Assembly (NCBI RefSeq): GCF_031769215.1
Contig: NW_026781997.1
Span: forward strand, 62,001-126,000
Direction: 5' to 3'
DNA: 64,000 nucleotides
DNA from: Ylistrum balloti
Lineage: Eukaryota
Each line of letters begins with the position of its first letter. The stretch's first letter is position 1. A program made the position numbers and the translations under genes. The notes under the pieces were generated by a model. The model ran no database searches, was not told where the DNA came from, and saw only the letters and a program-made list of their open reading frames with translations. Positions 49,958 to 63,639 of this stretch are shown piece by piece.

Positions 49958-51709
49958 TGTTAAAGTTAAATAAAAAAATTAATCTATAGTTTAATCTCAG
50001 ATATTATTCGCAAGCAGCAAAAAACTGTTTAAAAGTGCATTCAGTACACACTGTGTTAATCTCTCATACTTTTCTTTTTAAAATAACAATCCATAATGAC
50101 TACAAATATGAATTATATCTATCCATAAGCTTGACTTCGATAGGCTGCAAAGTGGAAGTGATCTCTCTATTTTCAGCTTCCTTCCAGTTAGTTTTCCTGT
50201 TTTTATAAACAGACAAGAGCATTTGCCCAGCCTCACCACCTCTTCTTTTGTTGAAGACAGTAACACGACAAAGGCTCGTCAAAGCGAGGTTCCTCCAAAC
50301 ACTCGGTGACAATTCTGGTCCTTCAAGCAGCTTGCCGAGATCCACCATTTCTTTCAACAGGAAGTTTCTACACTTCACAATGTCTTCTGTCAATGGTAAA
50401 ACATTTGGTTCATTAAACTTTCTTTCTGAAATACTTTGAAGAGCGTGGCTGCTGACTTTATCGGCCCATTCTGCTTCATGCAACATCATGTATTCCTCAG
50501 CATGTTTTTTGCTTTCTATGTCATCATCCCGGAGAGCTTGACCAAGTTTGATTTGAGCCATTTTCTTCAGAGTATGTCCTAATTTCAGTGCTAACGTAGG
50601 TTTGTCATATTTGGGACATCCACGCTCTGTCCAATTGTCTGCACTGTCTGTATCCTTTACACTGCATATGCTCTGTATTCCTTGAACCAATAGGCAAATC
50701 CTTTTGGTTTCAAAAAGTCTCCTATTACTGCTGATGGTTTTTTGCCCACTTGTCGGAGATGAACAAGAAGCCTCCCAACCTCCCGCACTTTCTGTCGAAC
50801 AATTGGTTTCCTTGACTTTCCAACTTTTTTCAACATACTGGATCCCAACTTAAGAATGCATGTGTCTGTCTTTATAGCATCCAGTATCTCATCTTGCTTC
50901 ATACCTGCCAGTACCTCCATAAATTTGTCATCTGATCCTGAGATTGTTGAATGTAACAGTAACTTCGCTGAAAGTTTAAGGTTTTTGACACAGAAATCTT
51001 GCATACTGGTAGCTTTCTCTTTTAATGGGCTTTCTCTGACATGACGCCATAAGTCTTGTGACAGATAAAATCCAAGACAACGTGTGCATGGTAAGAATTC
51101 ATCAGAGTCTTTAACACCTTTTGGACGTCTGTCAACTATCAAGCTACCTTTCTTATCAGAGATAACTTTCAAATTGTGGTGGAAATTTCCTTTATTCCCA
51201 AGTTTCTTCCATCCTAGCTTTCTATTTTTGCTTTTTGGACAGAATATGTGCTACTTCTACCTCAGAGGAGGGTTTGTTTTGTAAATGATCAGATATTTTT
51301 GAGTATGTCCCATTGCAGTAGAAACAGGCATTTCTCTTGTCGTACATTCTTTTCCCCTCTTTCGATTTGTGAGCCTGCGATACAGAAACTGGAAAACAAT
51401 ATTAATAAGACAAACAGGGGAAAAAATGTTCAATTCAGATTACTGCCGGAAAAAATATTCTCCTAATATTATATAAGCATCATCCACCAAACGAATGTAC
51501 TGCTTTATCCTATTACCAGTGAATACTAAATGATCATGATGCTCCAAGTCGAATATTTCGTGAAATTTTGCAATTCTGAAGTCATGAATTAATCTAAAAT
51601 TAACTAGAATCCCATTGCTGTATACTCTGATGTCAAAGCTGTCGGCTGGCACAAATCTTTTCACAATTTCCAAATCAGACAAGGAAAATACCAAAATTGC
51701 ACCTGGGGA

Positions 51710-51930
51710 TCTTTGCGCCATTTTAATTCCTCGTAAACTTAAATGAACTGCTGCTCGCGTTATACCTCACAAAGAACTTTTCATTCTACTCGGGACTCAC
51801 CTTTTCCGCAGTTCTCACCTTCATCAACCATCTGATTGGAAAATACCCGGATGCGAAAAATTGCGCTTGTTCAATGAATCAAGCGTCTGGTTGAACGAGA
51901 CTAAAGTTGCAGACCACTCTTATTGGTTGC
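51710..51930 (-). promoter_or_regulatory. Putative Pol II promoter of YR3
   Basis: AAAATGGCG (YY1-type) overlapping the ATG; CCAAT on the minus strand at ~51835 and ~51923; CpG-rich relative to flanks. Confidence 0.45.
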
Positions 51931-54900
51931 AGACGCGAGAGAGGCCTAAATTCTAGACAAAAAATAGATACTTAAAAAGCGCACTAACAAGTGTTATAGT
52001 GATCACGGCTTCAGAATATGTATACTAATCAATGTTTAAAAGATGAGACGCCCAGAAATAACTTTCGTCGCGTCGTCTTCACAAATTTCATTATACAAAG
52101 AATTTTAATACAACAGTATTATTGATTTTGAATATTAGAATCATTTGACATTCTCATGACAAGATTATCACATAGGCTCATCTTAGTGCAAATAGAGACG
52201 TGTATAATTATTTGTAATAATATTATACAATTATCGACCTGTTTTCAGTTGGATACGATGATTTATCAATCCGAGAATATATTATTTCCCGATTCTGAAA
52301 ACAGAGGGAGATAGGCATACACACGTCTCTGCTGTACTGAACTGTATCGCTTTCATTTTATTATATGACATTTGCCGTATATTTTGCCTTTCGAAACGAA
52401 AATTTCCCGACATCAATATCTAGACATATACAATTATCAACAATCAGTTGGTGGATAGAAATGTTAGTAATCAGGATGTGCAGAGACAAAGTTGAAAATA
52501 AAAATGAGAAAAAAAGTGTCAATTCAATAATTTAACACTTTTGAAAATGAAACAAAATTAATGGATATATCAATAACGACACCCATCGCCACTATATTAG
52601 ATTTTTAAGAACAATCAACAAATACATTAACAAGGGGAAAAAAACGAAACAGAATCCACTTTCCATATGATCACATTTAAATGTAATTTATTGTGACGTT
52701 TAAACAATTTGGGAAATTTGATTTACAAATAAAGTTTCGCCAATCTCACATAAAGAGTTTGAAATACTAATATTCATTTTTAACACTGTTGACCACGATA
52801 ACTAAAAAGCTCTACCGGAAACAAAAAGAGAAATACCCCGTCTTAAGCTATCAGTTCAAGTAAGGCAGCGTTTTTATATACGAAAGAGCATATCTTAATT
52901 ACGATGTCTTTTCTATGGACAGAAATATCCCAAGATGAGTGAAAAAGTTTGCCTGGAGCGCAAACGCTTACATGAAGTTTGGGATACACTTGTTTACAAC
53001 ACAAACTCAATAACATAATAAAAATTGTGAAACATAATCATCGCGCCATCATCAGGGTCCAGAGGGGGGTGGGGGGCCTCTCGAGTTACCAGACTCGAGG
53101 CTTGCCGATTGTCGACATTGAAGAATTTTGTTTGTCTGAAAGCCTCGTGCTGACCAGCCACTGCTTACACTCAGGTTGACACTAATGCGATCTTTCCCTT
53201 GCTTGAACGCAGGACAGAGTAATCTCTATCCGAGGAGGAGATTCACGATTGTCTAACCCGAGGCTTTGCCGAGGGTTAGTGGCTGAGGGTAGAGACTTCT
53301 CCGTCGTGCCCTAAAGCCTGAGAAGTATCCCTGTCCTACCCCTTATATCTCCAAGCATGCTAGAAATATTAGAATAACGAGACAAATTTGTGCTGACTTG
53401 ATGTAAATGAATTGTCGACGTGACGTCATTGTATTGTTGAAGATTATTAAGTCTCGGCAAGCCTCGTATTTGGCAGCAAAAGAATCTTACCCCGAGGGTA
53501 TAATGACGTTACGTAGACGATTCAATCATGTCACAATGTGAATTACACAGAGCTGAGGGACAAACGGTATTTATAAGAGAAAAATAGACAATTGTCAATG
53601 GTGAGCAATGGTGGGAGAAAAAATCATTCTCTACATTGAGGATTTAACAGAGTCTCCAACACGAGGCGTGATTTTTTTGTTGTTGTTTAACCTTAAAACC
53701 TCGGGATCAATATCACACTAAAGACAAGCGACATGTGCCATTTGCTCATTCTCAATTGTATGACGTCTCCGCAATAATACAATGATGTCACGACAACAAT
53801 GAAATGACGTCACGTCGGCAATATCATCACAGACATTGTATCTTGGAGTAACTTCAGCTGCAAAACATGATGTTACGCCTAGTATTTGGCAACACAAGAA
53901 TATCCCCTTCTGGTTGAGATTCTATCGTCTCCATCTAATCTCGACCCGAGTGTAATACTGAATACCAAGCAGCCTCATACACTCTGGTTGAAATATCCCT
54001 GTACACGGAACAGAATCGCTCATTATTATTTCCCTCCACAACTAAAGTTTAAACCGTCTCATTCTTGACATCTTGTATTTGTAACGGTATAAAATGTTAC
54101 TAGCTAATATCAGTATCACTTCCTTCCACAAAAAATGTGATCGAAACAATTATAATGGGAGCTACTGACATTAAATCGTTGGCAAACAGAAGACATACGC
54201 ACAATCATATCAACTCAACAAAATCGTTTTTAATCAAACACCTTGCTACTTAACAAACATACCTACTACCCAATCGAACTTATGGAGACATCCTCACAAC
54301 ACACGTCAGTTTCGAAATATTGTGAACTTAATGCATTCTATAACAACTCATTATCTCCATTAAAGTTATTATGTGGAATAATTTTCCTCAAGGTATAAGA
54401 GAAATTACGACCGTTGCACTCCTAGACATCAAAACAAAGACTTATCTAAGGTTCCTTTGTAGCTTGCCGATTTGTCACAACTATCATTGTTAGTAACGAA
54501 TTGGGGCGTATTTCAAAGGACATATCATGTCAATTTGTTGCAACTTCCCATTTTCTTACAGATAGTTGTAACAAACTGGGAGGTTGTAACAAATTATCAC
54601 GCAACATCACTTCGTTCTGCAACTTACACGAATAGACCAGCTTTAAGGTTGTTTAGTTGTTTATACAGGTAACTAAACGTAAACTTTTTTTTGAATAGGA
54701 TGTTTGCATGTATGACCGAACCGTACAGGACTGAAAGGAGCTTGTTAACGAACTGTATTGCAAATGACCTGAATGACTAAGAGGAATGATATAAGGAAAA
54801 TCATGGACTAACTTGAAATCCTTAGCTACCAGCTTCGTTTTAACGAGCAATCTTTTATGGGTTTTTTTTTTTTCGGAAAGATACAGCATATAGCAGAACA

Positions 54901-55803
54901 TTCCCGAAGAAAGCATTTTGTTTACATGAATGTAGCTATATTGTTTGTAGAAGATTATGGAAATATTAGAGAGAACAGAACACTGTACATTGATGGTTTT
55001 CAATATATCGTACCGTTTTAACACATTATCAGTTTATGCCTTTCTATATTCAATAAAGACAATGTACGTATTGTATAATTCCCTATGAAGCAACAGATGG
55101 AAAGATTTTGGGTTGAACAAAGAAATGTGGAAGTGTGAATTGTAAGTAATATTGAGTCGTATTGAGAACTATTGGCCCACCCATTCTTCTTAATACCTAT
55201 TTGACATTTAATGCTAGATCTATTCCTCATCAAAATACTTCAAAATCTGGATACTGTTTTTTTTTTTTTTTTTTTGGATACGAATGTTACTTTGAAATTC
55301 ATAGACCTGTTTTCTGTAAAGTATTATATAACTTATATGTATTTAACACTGGAAATACAAGAAAAAGATAACTTCCTCACAAATAACGTGAGACAGTTTT
55401 CTGCATTTCTTCCCCATTACGTAATATATATTTTCCCGCCAAAAATACAGCATCAACCAAAAGAGCAAAGGTATACCGAATGGAAAATTACCCATGATTC
55501 CTGGACGGTCGATTTACGGCTAAGTGATAAGTCGGTGATTCGTATTAGGAATTTTCCACATTTGGGTTCATTTTGTTCATATTTACACCAGGATCACGAA
55601 AATATACCATATGTAACTGTGAGGAACTAAAAACTTCCCCACAAAAGTGAACAATTCCCACAACGTTGGTTCTATGACTGGTGAGAGTTCCCCACAACGT
55701 GGCTTTTGCTAACCCTCTCTCTCTCATACACACACATACACACTCACGCACGCAGACACATGTTCACGTTTTATTATTAATGTTATCCTTACAATCATTT
55801 TAG

Positions 55804-56790
55804 GTTAAGCAGGTCGCTCGAGAAAATATATTCAAATCTGGTCCATCCATTGTTGAGGAAATAATGGCAGAGAACTGTGATTTACGTCAGCCAGAATCTA
55901 GTCGACCAAATCCTTCAAACTTGACCTGCTTGGCTAAACGACAACGCCAAAAGTTGAGACCAGATGAACCATCCGATCTAAACTTTGAGGTATATCATTA
56001 TTAGTATATTTTGTTGAAAATCCGTAATTTTTAAATGTTTACACCTGTTTTTAATGTTCACTACGCTAGTATAATAAAACCACTAGCCACCAGTATTAAA
56101 TTATTCCCAATTGCAACTCACAAACCATACTACTTACGTAATTTGATGAATTCATATACGAAATATGCGTATGACGAGATTATTTATTTTTTGTAGTTTG
56201 ACGAGAACTTCCTTCAACCGGGTTTCTTCCGTAAAGATGTTAAAGTAGGTAATAGACGGCACTTTATCTTCGCTACTGATGAGCAGCTCCAAACCCTTTC
56301 ACAGGCCAAGAGATGGTACATAGACGGTACCGGCAGCTCGTATCCATTCACGCCTTTGTCCGTCCCGGTTCAGACACAAAACAGGTTCCCTTGGCTTTCT
56401 GTGTGATATCTGGGAAACACAGTAAAGATTACAAAAAGGTATATATACATGCGCTAACACACCTATATTGTGCTAAAGCCTCTTTCCATACACACTTGCC
56501 GTTTTCAAAAACTAAAATATCAAATTTTATCTACAACTCTGCAATTTTGTAACTGTTCAGTTCAATAATTGATATATACACCTAGTCTTAATTATATGTC
56601 TGTGTATGTAGACAAATCCACCTTAAATATGTGACTTAAAAAATACTTATTCGTAATTTTGGTGTTTAAGAAGATTATTAGGTTGTTGCCATCAGCACCA
56701 GTAGTCACCAATTTTATAGTTGACTTTGAAGCCGGCATCTGGAAAGCTCTCAGATCTGTTTTCGACGATCCAGTCTTCCTTGGCTGCACC
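55804..56790 (+). pseudogene. MULE (Mutator-like) transposase fragment, three exons
   Basis: Exons ~55804-55989, ~56197-56439, ~56681-56790: 'RQKLRPDEPSDLNFE', '[17 protein letters not shown]', '[12 protein letters not shown]...DYKK', 'IVDFEAGIWKALRSVF....GC'. Deletion after DGT; truncated at GC. Confidence 0.9.
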
Positions 56791-57509
56791 AATAGAGTCA
56801 GATACTTTGAGCTACCCTGCGTTTAATGTACATTGCAGGCAAAGGATTCAATACACTGTGGTGATTCGACCTAAATCATTACACGACTAACGTTAGCATA
56901 ATGTGGCCGACTTAGGCAAAATTGACCTACATCGTATCTAGCACAAAAAGTACAAAAATACTTCATAAGCCTAAGACCCATCCCCTTTGTTTTTAATTAC
57001 TTGTACAGTCGTGTACATTCAATGTATGTTGATACATTTGTGAATAACATTAATTTGTGTTTTTTTTTCACCAAACTAAAGAGGAGATGTTGGTGGAATG
57101 AAAAATCAACCATTACAGGGAAGATTAAGAGTTTTTAGGGACATCACTTTTTTATCTGGAATCTATTTTTTTTATTCATTGTTTGGGTATAATCTGTAGG
57201 TCCCAAAAAGTCATTTTATTTACAATTTTGTGCTAAATTTAAGATAAGTATCACTTCTGTTAAGTATGCTATTAATATTTCTACAGTTATTCTAGGAAAC
57301 CAAAATGGGGGGCTTGGGGGCAGAGTCCCCAATATTGCAAAAATAAAAAAAAAAGACGTGGACCTATATAACAGATGTGTTCCCTTTTTTTTCTCAATTC
57401 ATTTATCTTTAAAAAAATATTAAAATTGATTATGATCCTGAAAATGTAGATTTATTTTGTAACATTTTGGAGTTATGTTTAAATATTAATGTACTGTTTC
57501 CTGTTTCAG

Positions 57510-57686
57510 AGTTAATGCCACAAACAGTTCTCAGACAACCAGAGACGTCACAGAAGTAAAAAAAAAAATATGGCAGGATCTCTGCAATTTAACTAAAAAA
57601 AAGAGGCGCAGAGAGTGCGTGACAGACAAGCCACTGGTGGTGGACCGGCTTTATATGAAGATGATGCAAAGCTATGGGAAAAACTT
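57510..57686 (+). pseudogene. Myb/SANT-like (trihelix) DNA-binding exon of the Harbinger partner gene
   Basis: AG/GT-bounded exon 'VNA...RDVTEVKK-WQDL...KK...R..RQATGGGP' with A-run indels; further small exon-like blocks to ~59770. Confidence 0.75.
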
Positions 57687-59954
57687 GTGAGTAAAATTGT
57701 CTGTTCGACTTTAAGTAACCATTGACAAACATGACTTTATTAACATCAAAAACTACAACTTTTTAGATCATGTAGGTTAAGGGAAAAGTATACTTAGATT
57801 CTGCTAAAAAATGGATTCAAAATATTTATTTTAAGTGTTGGCAATATAGATAAAAATCAATCATTTATACATGTATGTCTTTAAAAAGATTATTGGAATA
57901 TTCACAAGGAGCGCGGTAGAAGGGGTTTCTGGAGGAGTAGATACTTCTCAGTCAAGTCTCGGTGTATTGGAGAAAGGTATGGGACCAGCAAACATCCATC
58001 TCTTGTGTTAAAACTTACTATCTGGTGATTGAGATATTTGTGCACATTTTTAAACCTTTATGGTTTGAATGTTTACAATCCTTTGTACCATTGGAAAAAA
58101 ACATTACTTAACTCTATATTCCTTTCACCTCTGGTATTGTTCAAGTGCATAAATGAAATGACAAACTCACTTTATTTTTTTCTTTAAATACAGAAGTATT
58201 ACATTTGGAATTAAAGTGGCATCAATGCAAACAGATTACAGAAGGGAAAGATTGAACTGCCAAAGTACATATGTACTAATGACGATGGTACAATGGAGAG
58301 TTCCATCCGATGATGCCCATGGAATCTCTTAGTGTGTTATATGTGTTCTGTTTCCTAATAATATTTCTTTCCTTTAGAGCGCCCATCTATGTTGGAGGCT
58401 AGTGGAGCTACAGACTTCCTTTATACCAGGTATATAATGTTTATAGATTACTTATAACATACAACACCTTTTCGTTGGTAAATAAATCATGCCATCAATA
58501 TTCAATATACATCTCTCTTACCAGGTATTAGATTCTTTAAACTTAAAATGGTTTATTTTGGTTATTATTTGCTTAAAGTTTGGATTGCTTTTATGAGAAT
58601 CATTGAATAATTGACTTATAAATAAAAGATAATTAATCTGTAAGGGTGGTCGGGTGGCGCACTGGCGGGTTTTCCCCGGGTACTCCGATTTCCCCCAAAG
58701 TAAGACCATTGGGGGCTTCCATCCAGGCCAACAAGAGTGATTAAAGTTGAAAACTTGTTTCACAACTTTGATAAATAAAGTTTGTGTTAAATTTATATTA
58801 TCATTAAAGGTAATCTGTACAAGTTTGCTATTTCAAGTACATCTTCATAATAATACTACTACTTGTTTACATTTTCAAATACATATACTCTCTAAAAGAG
58901 ACAACACTTTTTATAACATTTGTATTGCATCATCAAAAAAAAAAAATTTTATCACATGCACTGCAGTCACTGTCTGCAGTGGTGGGGGATGGTATTGATG
59001 ATGATGAGTAATCTTTAAATGTATTTATTTCCTTCAGATAATCCTTCAGATAATACAAGCACAAGCTCCAACATACATGTAACTACATGTACAGCAGAAG
59101 AAGCATCAGTGAGCAATTGCTCAGGTAACAAAGCCTGCTTTTTAGCTTTCTAGGGAACTTAACTTAAATCCCTTTTTCTCCATTGTTAGACATATTGTTG
59201 TGCATCTTTTCTAAACTTTCTAATCAGTCAGCAGGCTTTTGTTGAAGCTTAACTGGTCTCTTACATTCGAGTTTTGGGTGTCCAAAAATAAGCAGAGTGC
59301 CCATCTGTCCAACATGGCCATACATATATGCATGTATGCTGCGGTACATTTATATGTAGACTCAGTTGGGGTTAAAAAGGTAATTGGGTCAAGGTCAGTG
59401 TAATTGCAAAAAGACCAGAACACTGATAGCCAAGAGAATGGCACAGTTCTTGTTAAGCTGACAGGGTTCAAGTACAATATAAGTGTAACTATTCCCTTTT
59501 ACCAGTACTGACTATAAAGTGTGTAGAACAATAATATGTTGATGGACATGTTTCTAAATTCTAGACTTTGATTTCCCTTTTGTCTTTAAATAATGAAACT
59601 TAAATAATGGACACATCTCGAGAAAAGACAGTGTCTATAACAGTTTTTATCTAAGATTGTGTTTAATGCAAAGATTTAATTGCAAAAAAAACATTTCAGT
59701 GGAAGACGCTTCAACTAAAACCAAGCCAATTCTTCAGTTCAAGAAGAATAGAAAAAGATTTCTATGTAAGTATAGTATGCCTATACATTCTTAAAGGATA
59801 GAGAGCTTGGATTGTGTAGATCTCTGTACATGCAGCCTTGATTCTTAATGATTGCTGATTTGAAATGTAGTTCCAAAAAAGGTGTAAGATGTATTAAGAT
59901 TTTTTCTGCCTTTTTCTACATTGACATTTTTGTAACATACTTACATTGTTTAAT

Positions 59955-60120
59955 TATTAGTCCTACTGGTGAAACTGGAGGGGGTTGGGCAAAGTTTAAT
60001 TATTAGTCCCCTACCGGTGAAACTGGAGGGGGGTTATAGTTTTCCTCGCTGTCCATCCGTCTGTCTGTCTTGTCTGTCCGTTGAAGCTTGTCTGCACTCT
60101 AGTATAGCATTCAAAAAAAT
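59955..60120 (-). repeat. Helentron-type repeat end with duplicated hairpin
   Basis: TTATTAGTCC(CC)TAC(T/C)GGTGAAACTGGAGGGGG occurs twice, followed by a TCCG/TCTG microsatellite. Confidence 0.65.
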
Positions 60121-60699
60121 CTTCTTTTTTCCTAACATTTCAATTTAATTCTCAATTCAAAATCTGAAAATATCCCCATTTATGGCTAAATATTATCAAG
60201 TCACAGGTAACTACTCCACAGTAGCTGTTCCCCAGAGCCCCCATGAGGTACCCCAATTTTGTTGAATTAAATGGTAAAAACAACACCAACTGCCATATGT
60301 GTTTTTAAGAAAGTTGGCGTAAACGGAACACACCAAACCATGGTGGGTGCCAAGATCTCTCATTGATCTTTGAATTTTGAATTTAACATATTTTATTGCA
60401 AATATTTGCAAGTTATTACTACTTACATTAGCCCTTTCCAAAATACAATTAATTAAATAATTACATAAAAGCAATAATTGAGATATTTTGCTAGATATTC
60501 CAATTTTCTGCCTGAATATAAAGAGAAATCATCAGGGGTTTATCATTATTTACCCTGCAGTGAGGGTGTGTGATGATGTGTGTGGGCCCATAGTACCAGC
60601 TGTCTTGTTAAAGTTTAAAGAGTGTCATATTTTATGTTGTGCTCCACGGACCTCAATTATCTTTTTACTCTGAAGTTTTTGTATAGGCTTATAATTACG

Positions 60700-63506
60700 A
60701 TTTTAATTTTTACAATGTTGATATTATCACCAAAATCTGATGCTCTTTGCTGGCTTAAATTGCAGGCATCCTCCTGTCTTGTGCAAACATCTGTGAAAAA
60801 AAATATCAATTTCTTACGGGTATGAAAAGTATGATTTATGGTGAATCATTTAATGCTATCTTGCTTTAAAGAAGTTTAAAATCATTGTACAGCTGCACAT
60901 TCTTCAAAGCAATAAAGGACCTAGAGGAAAAGAGGCTCAATGGGTCTGTATCGCTCATCTGCATACTGTAACACGCACCCAATATCTTTAGGTAATTGAG
61001 AAGAAACCATTTGAATGGAAAAGTTGCCGCACCACAACATCAGCTTTCTGACACTTACCCATTATTTTTTTGCATAATTTATTCCATAGAATTGTATTTC
61101 TTATCCTGAATATACCTGAACCTGCGCTTAAGCACTCCAAAGGCTCTCTCCACAGTGTTCCTAGTAGAGCAGTGAGCTTTGTTGTATCTTTCTTCCTGTG
61201 GATTCCCTGGGGCACCAAAAGAAGTCAACAACCATCTTTTAAAAGGATACCCCGAGTCTCCCAAGAGCCAACCATTAATGTTTTCCATTATATATGGTAG
61301 ACCAGAGTTTGATCAAGTGAATGTGTCATGGGTTGCTCCAGGCCACCTAACCACAATGTTGGTAAAACTGTAAAAAAAGAAATAAATTTAATACAGTGTA
61401 TTACTAAATCAAATGCATGTATGGTCAAATTTTACCCCTTTAGTCCCCACTACTGAATATCTGTGGGATGAGGAGCATATAATTCCCAATTTTGGTGGAC
61501 CTTTGCCTAAGGAAGGTTTTTGTAATAGTTAATCAAAATCGGTGCAATGTTTTTTTGAGAAGAAGTATAAAATGTAGAAAGTTTATGATGCACAACAGTC
61601 GGACACTGGAAATAGGTGATTTCATCTCAGGTGACCAAAAAAATCTTACCGAAGATTGGCATCCACAACTCCCTGTACATTGATAGCTGAGAATCCTTTA
61701 CGACAGATGAAGTTTGGTTCTTCTTCCCCAGACATTCCTTGGATAGGTATCAGCGTACCATCAATGGACCCCACAACATTAGGGAAGCTGGCTATTTTAT
61801 AAAATTCATCTTTGACTCTGTTCAGATCACCATGTGATGTTGGAAATTTGATGTTGTCAAGTTTATCACAAAGAGCTGAACAAACAGAATAGATGATCCT
61901 GGATACTGATGCTATGGATATTCCATGGAGGTCACCAACCTCAGACAGGAACTCTCCCTTTGCCAAAAAGCGCAAAGCTGTCATTATCTAAAATAAATTT
62001 AAAATAATATTGAAAACTGAAATTCAGATAATGTATATAATCAACATAAATTTTAATTTATCTAAATTCAAAAAGGATTTCAGGTGTATTTTATTTTATT
62101 TATTTTTTGGGGGGGGAGGGGGGGGATGGGCTCTAAAAATATAGTAGCCAGTGTAGGTAGGAAAACAATTCCTTATATTTATCTGATGATAAGAATCTAC
62201 AATAATTACATAGATAATAATGAAAATCCAAATGAAAGGATTTGGATATAGTTAAAAGCTGATATGCCAATATAGATTTATTTTTATTCCACAAAACTAT
62301 GACCCTTAATCCCAGTGCATGGAGGTGTTGGAATTTGACCCACTGATGTAAGGGTGTTGCTGACAGAACATAATTTGGAATTATCCGGGGGTATTTGTAG
62401 TATTATTTTGTAAAATTCAGTTTTCTGTTAAAAAGGGGGCATTTTTTATATGAAAAAATAACCTCTTTTTTTCTAATCAATAATTCCAACTTTTAGATAT
62501 CAGGAAATAGGAATATCTCATAACAGGATTTTTTTTTTATTTCACTAATTTTGGTATCAAAAATAAAATTCATTTTTTTATATCAAAATTTCATATTTTT
62601 TTATATGAAAGTTTTTTTTTAATATCTAAAAGCATAATTATGTTAAAAAAATTTCTCATATCAAGAAATCATTTCGAATTTTGTAAATAAATAAAATATC
62701 TTCTGATATCAAAAAATTATAGCCACAAAATTTTCAGGCAATGAATTTCTGAATTCCTAATTTAAAAAAATCAATGATCGCAGAAAATAGGTAATAAATA
62801 CTGAAATGGCACTCACAAATATTATTTTCATGATTGTTAGCATATGTATACAGGAGAGTGGCACAGGCTAATGCATATCATTGTGCCTCTTGTTTTGACA
62901 CCCAATAAATTCATAACAATATACAGTACCAATGATAAAAGATTTAACATAAAATATCATATTTCTTGCTTTATTACCCCCACCCCATGCTCCAAAATAG
63001 TGAATGTTAAGTCACTTGAAGACTGGACTAGTTTGATAAAAAAAAAGACAGCACATTACTTTAACTATTGAGTGACAGTATATGATACCAATATCATTGT
63101 CCTTTTTAGAGAAAATTATCGGCTACATGCATTTCACATAAGTTTTGAAATAAAACTGATAGGAAATAGAGATATGAATAATGATAACTCTAGCAAGAAG
63201 TTCAAGAATGATCTCCCTTGAAAGGAAGACAGAACGACTATTCTTTTTAACCTCCATTGCTTGAATCGACTTTCACATTGTAAACGCTTGTGTGTGTGGT
63301 GGAATCGCATATGGTCTTGACGTTGGACGTTCCACCACATCGCGTATGCTTTCTAACATCTCAAGGATACTTGTCCTCGGAAATCGATACCTTGCTATCA
63401 ATTCGCTGTCAGTAAGAGTATCTAGAATGTTCAACCTATCCCGAAAAACTCTCTCTCGTCGCATCGCTCCGTCATTCTCAAATAATAATACTAGTGCCAC
63501 AGCCAT
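60700..63506 (-). pseudogene. PIF/Harbinger DDE transposase (HARBI1-like), four exons
   Basis: Exons 63506-~63290, 61987-61650, 61367-61116, 60790-~60700. 'RYRFPR', 'TALRFLAKG', 'GSIDGTLIPI', 'RKGFSAINVQ', 'WPGATHD', 'LLGDSGYP', 'VERAFGVLKRRFR'. TGA at 61313-61315. Confidence 0.93.
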
Positions 63507-63639
63507 GTTTGTTTGCTTTTCTTACGACAATTTTTTACACTTACGACACAATTTTACACTTACGATAGGGGTCAAGCACTCATAAAGATACGATAATTTT
63601 TTTCACTTAGGAGTAAAATTTTTTGTGAAAAGCTGCACA

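Larger units (their letters stand above)
44547..51721 (-). pseudogene. YR3: multi-exon tyrosine recombinase, disabled
   Basis: Exons 51721-~51517, 51388-~50120, 45442-45185, 44745-44547. Motifs 'RMYDKRNACFYC', 'FLPCTRCLGFY', 'PTLALKLGHTLKK', 'LPLTEDI', 'FNKRRGGE', 'GKKNRKVPVLLT', 'STNMRKYVAT', 'NHMGH..VHRRFY'. Frameshifts near 51230 and 50680; terminal exon not found. Confidence 0.88.
56850..63638 (-). mobile_element. Harbinger transposon (convergent nuclease and Myb genes); left end uncertain
   Basis: Two-gene Harbinger layout. The right end (GCAGCTTTTCACAAAA on minus, with TTACGA/CTTAGG subrepeats) coincides with the break in the ISL2EU ORF. No matching left TIR found. Confidence 0.65.

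Noticed and set aside
60700-63506. Domesticated host HARBI1 gene
   Set aside because: In-frame stop at 61313, non-canonical first donor, paired decayed Myb gene and transposon-like end.
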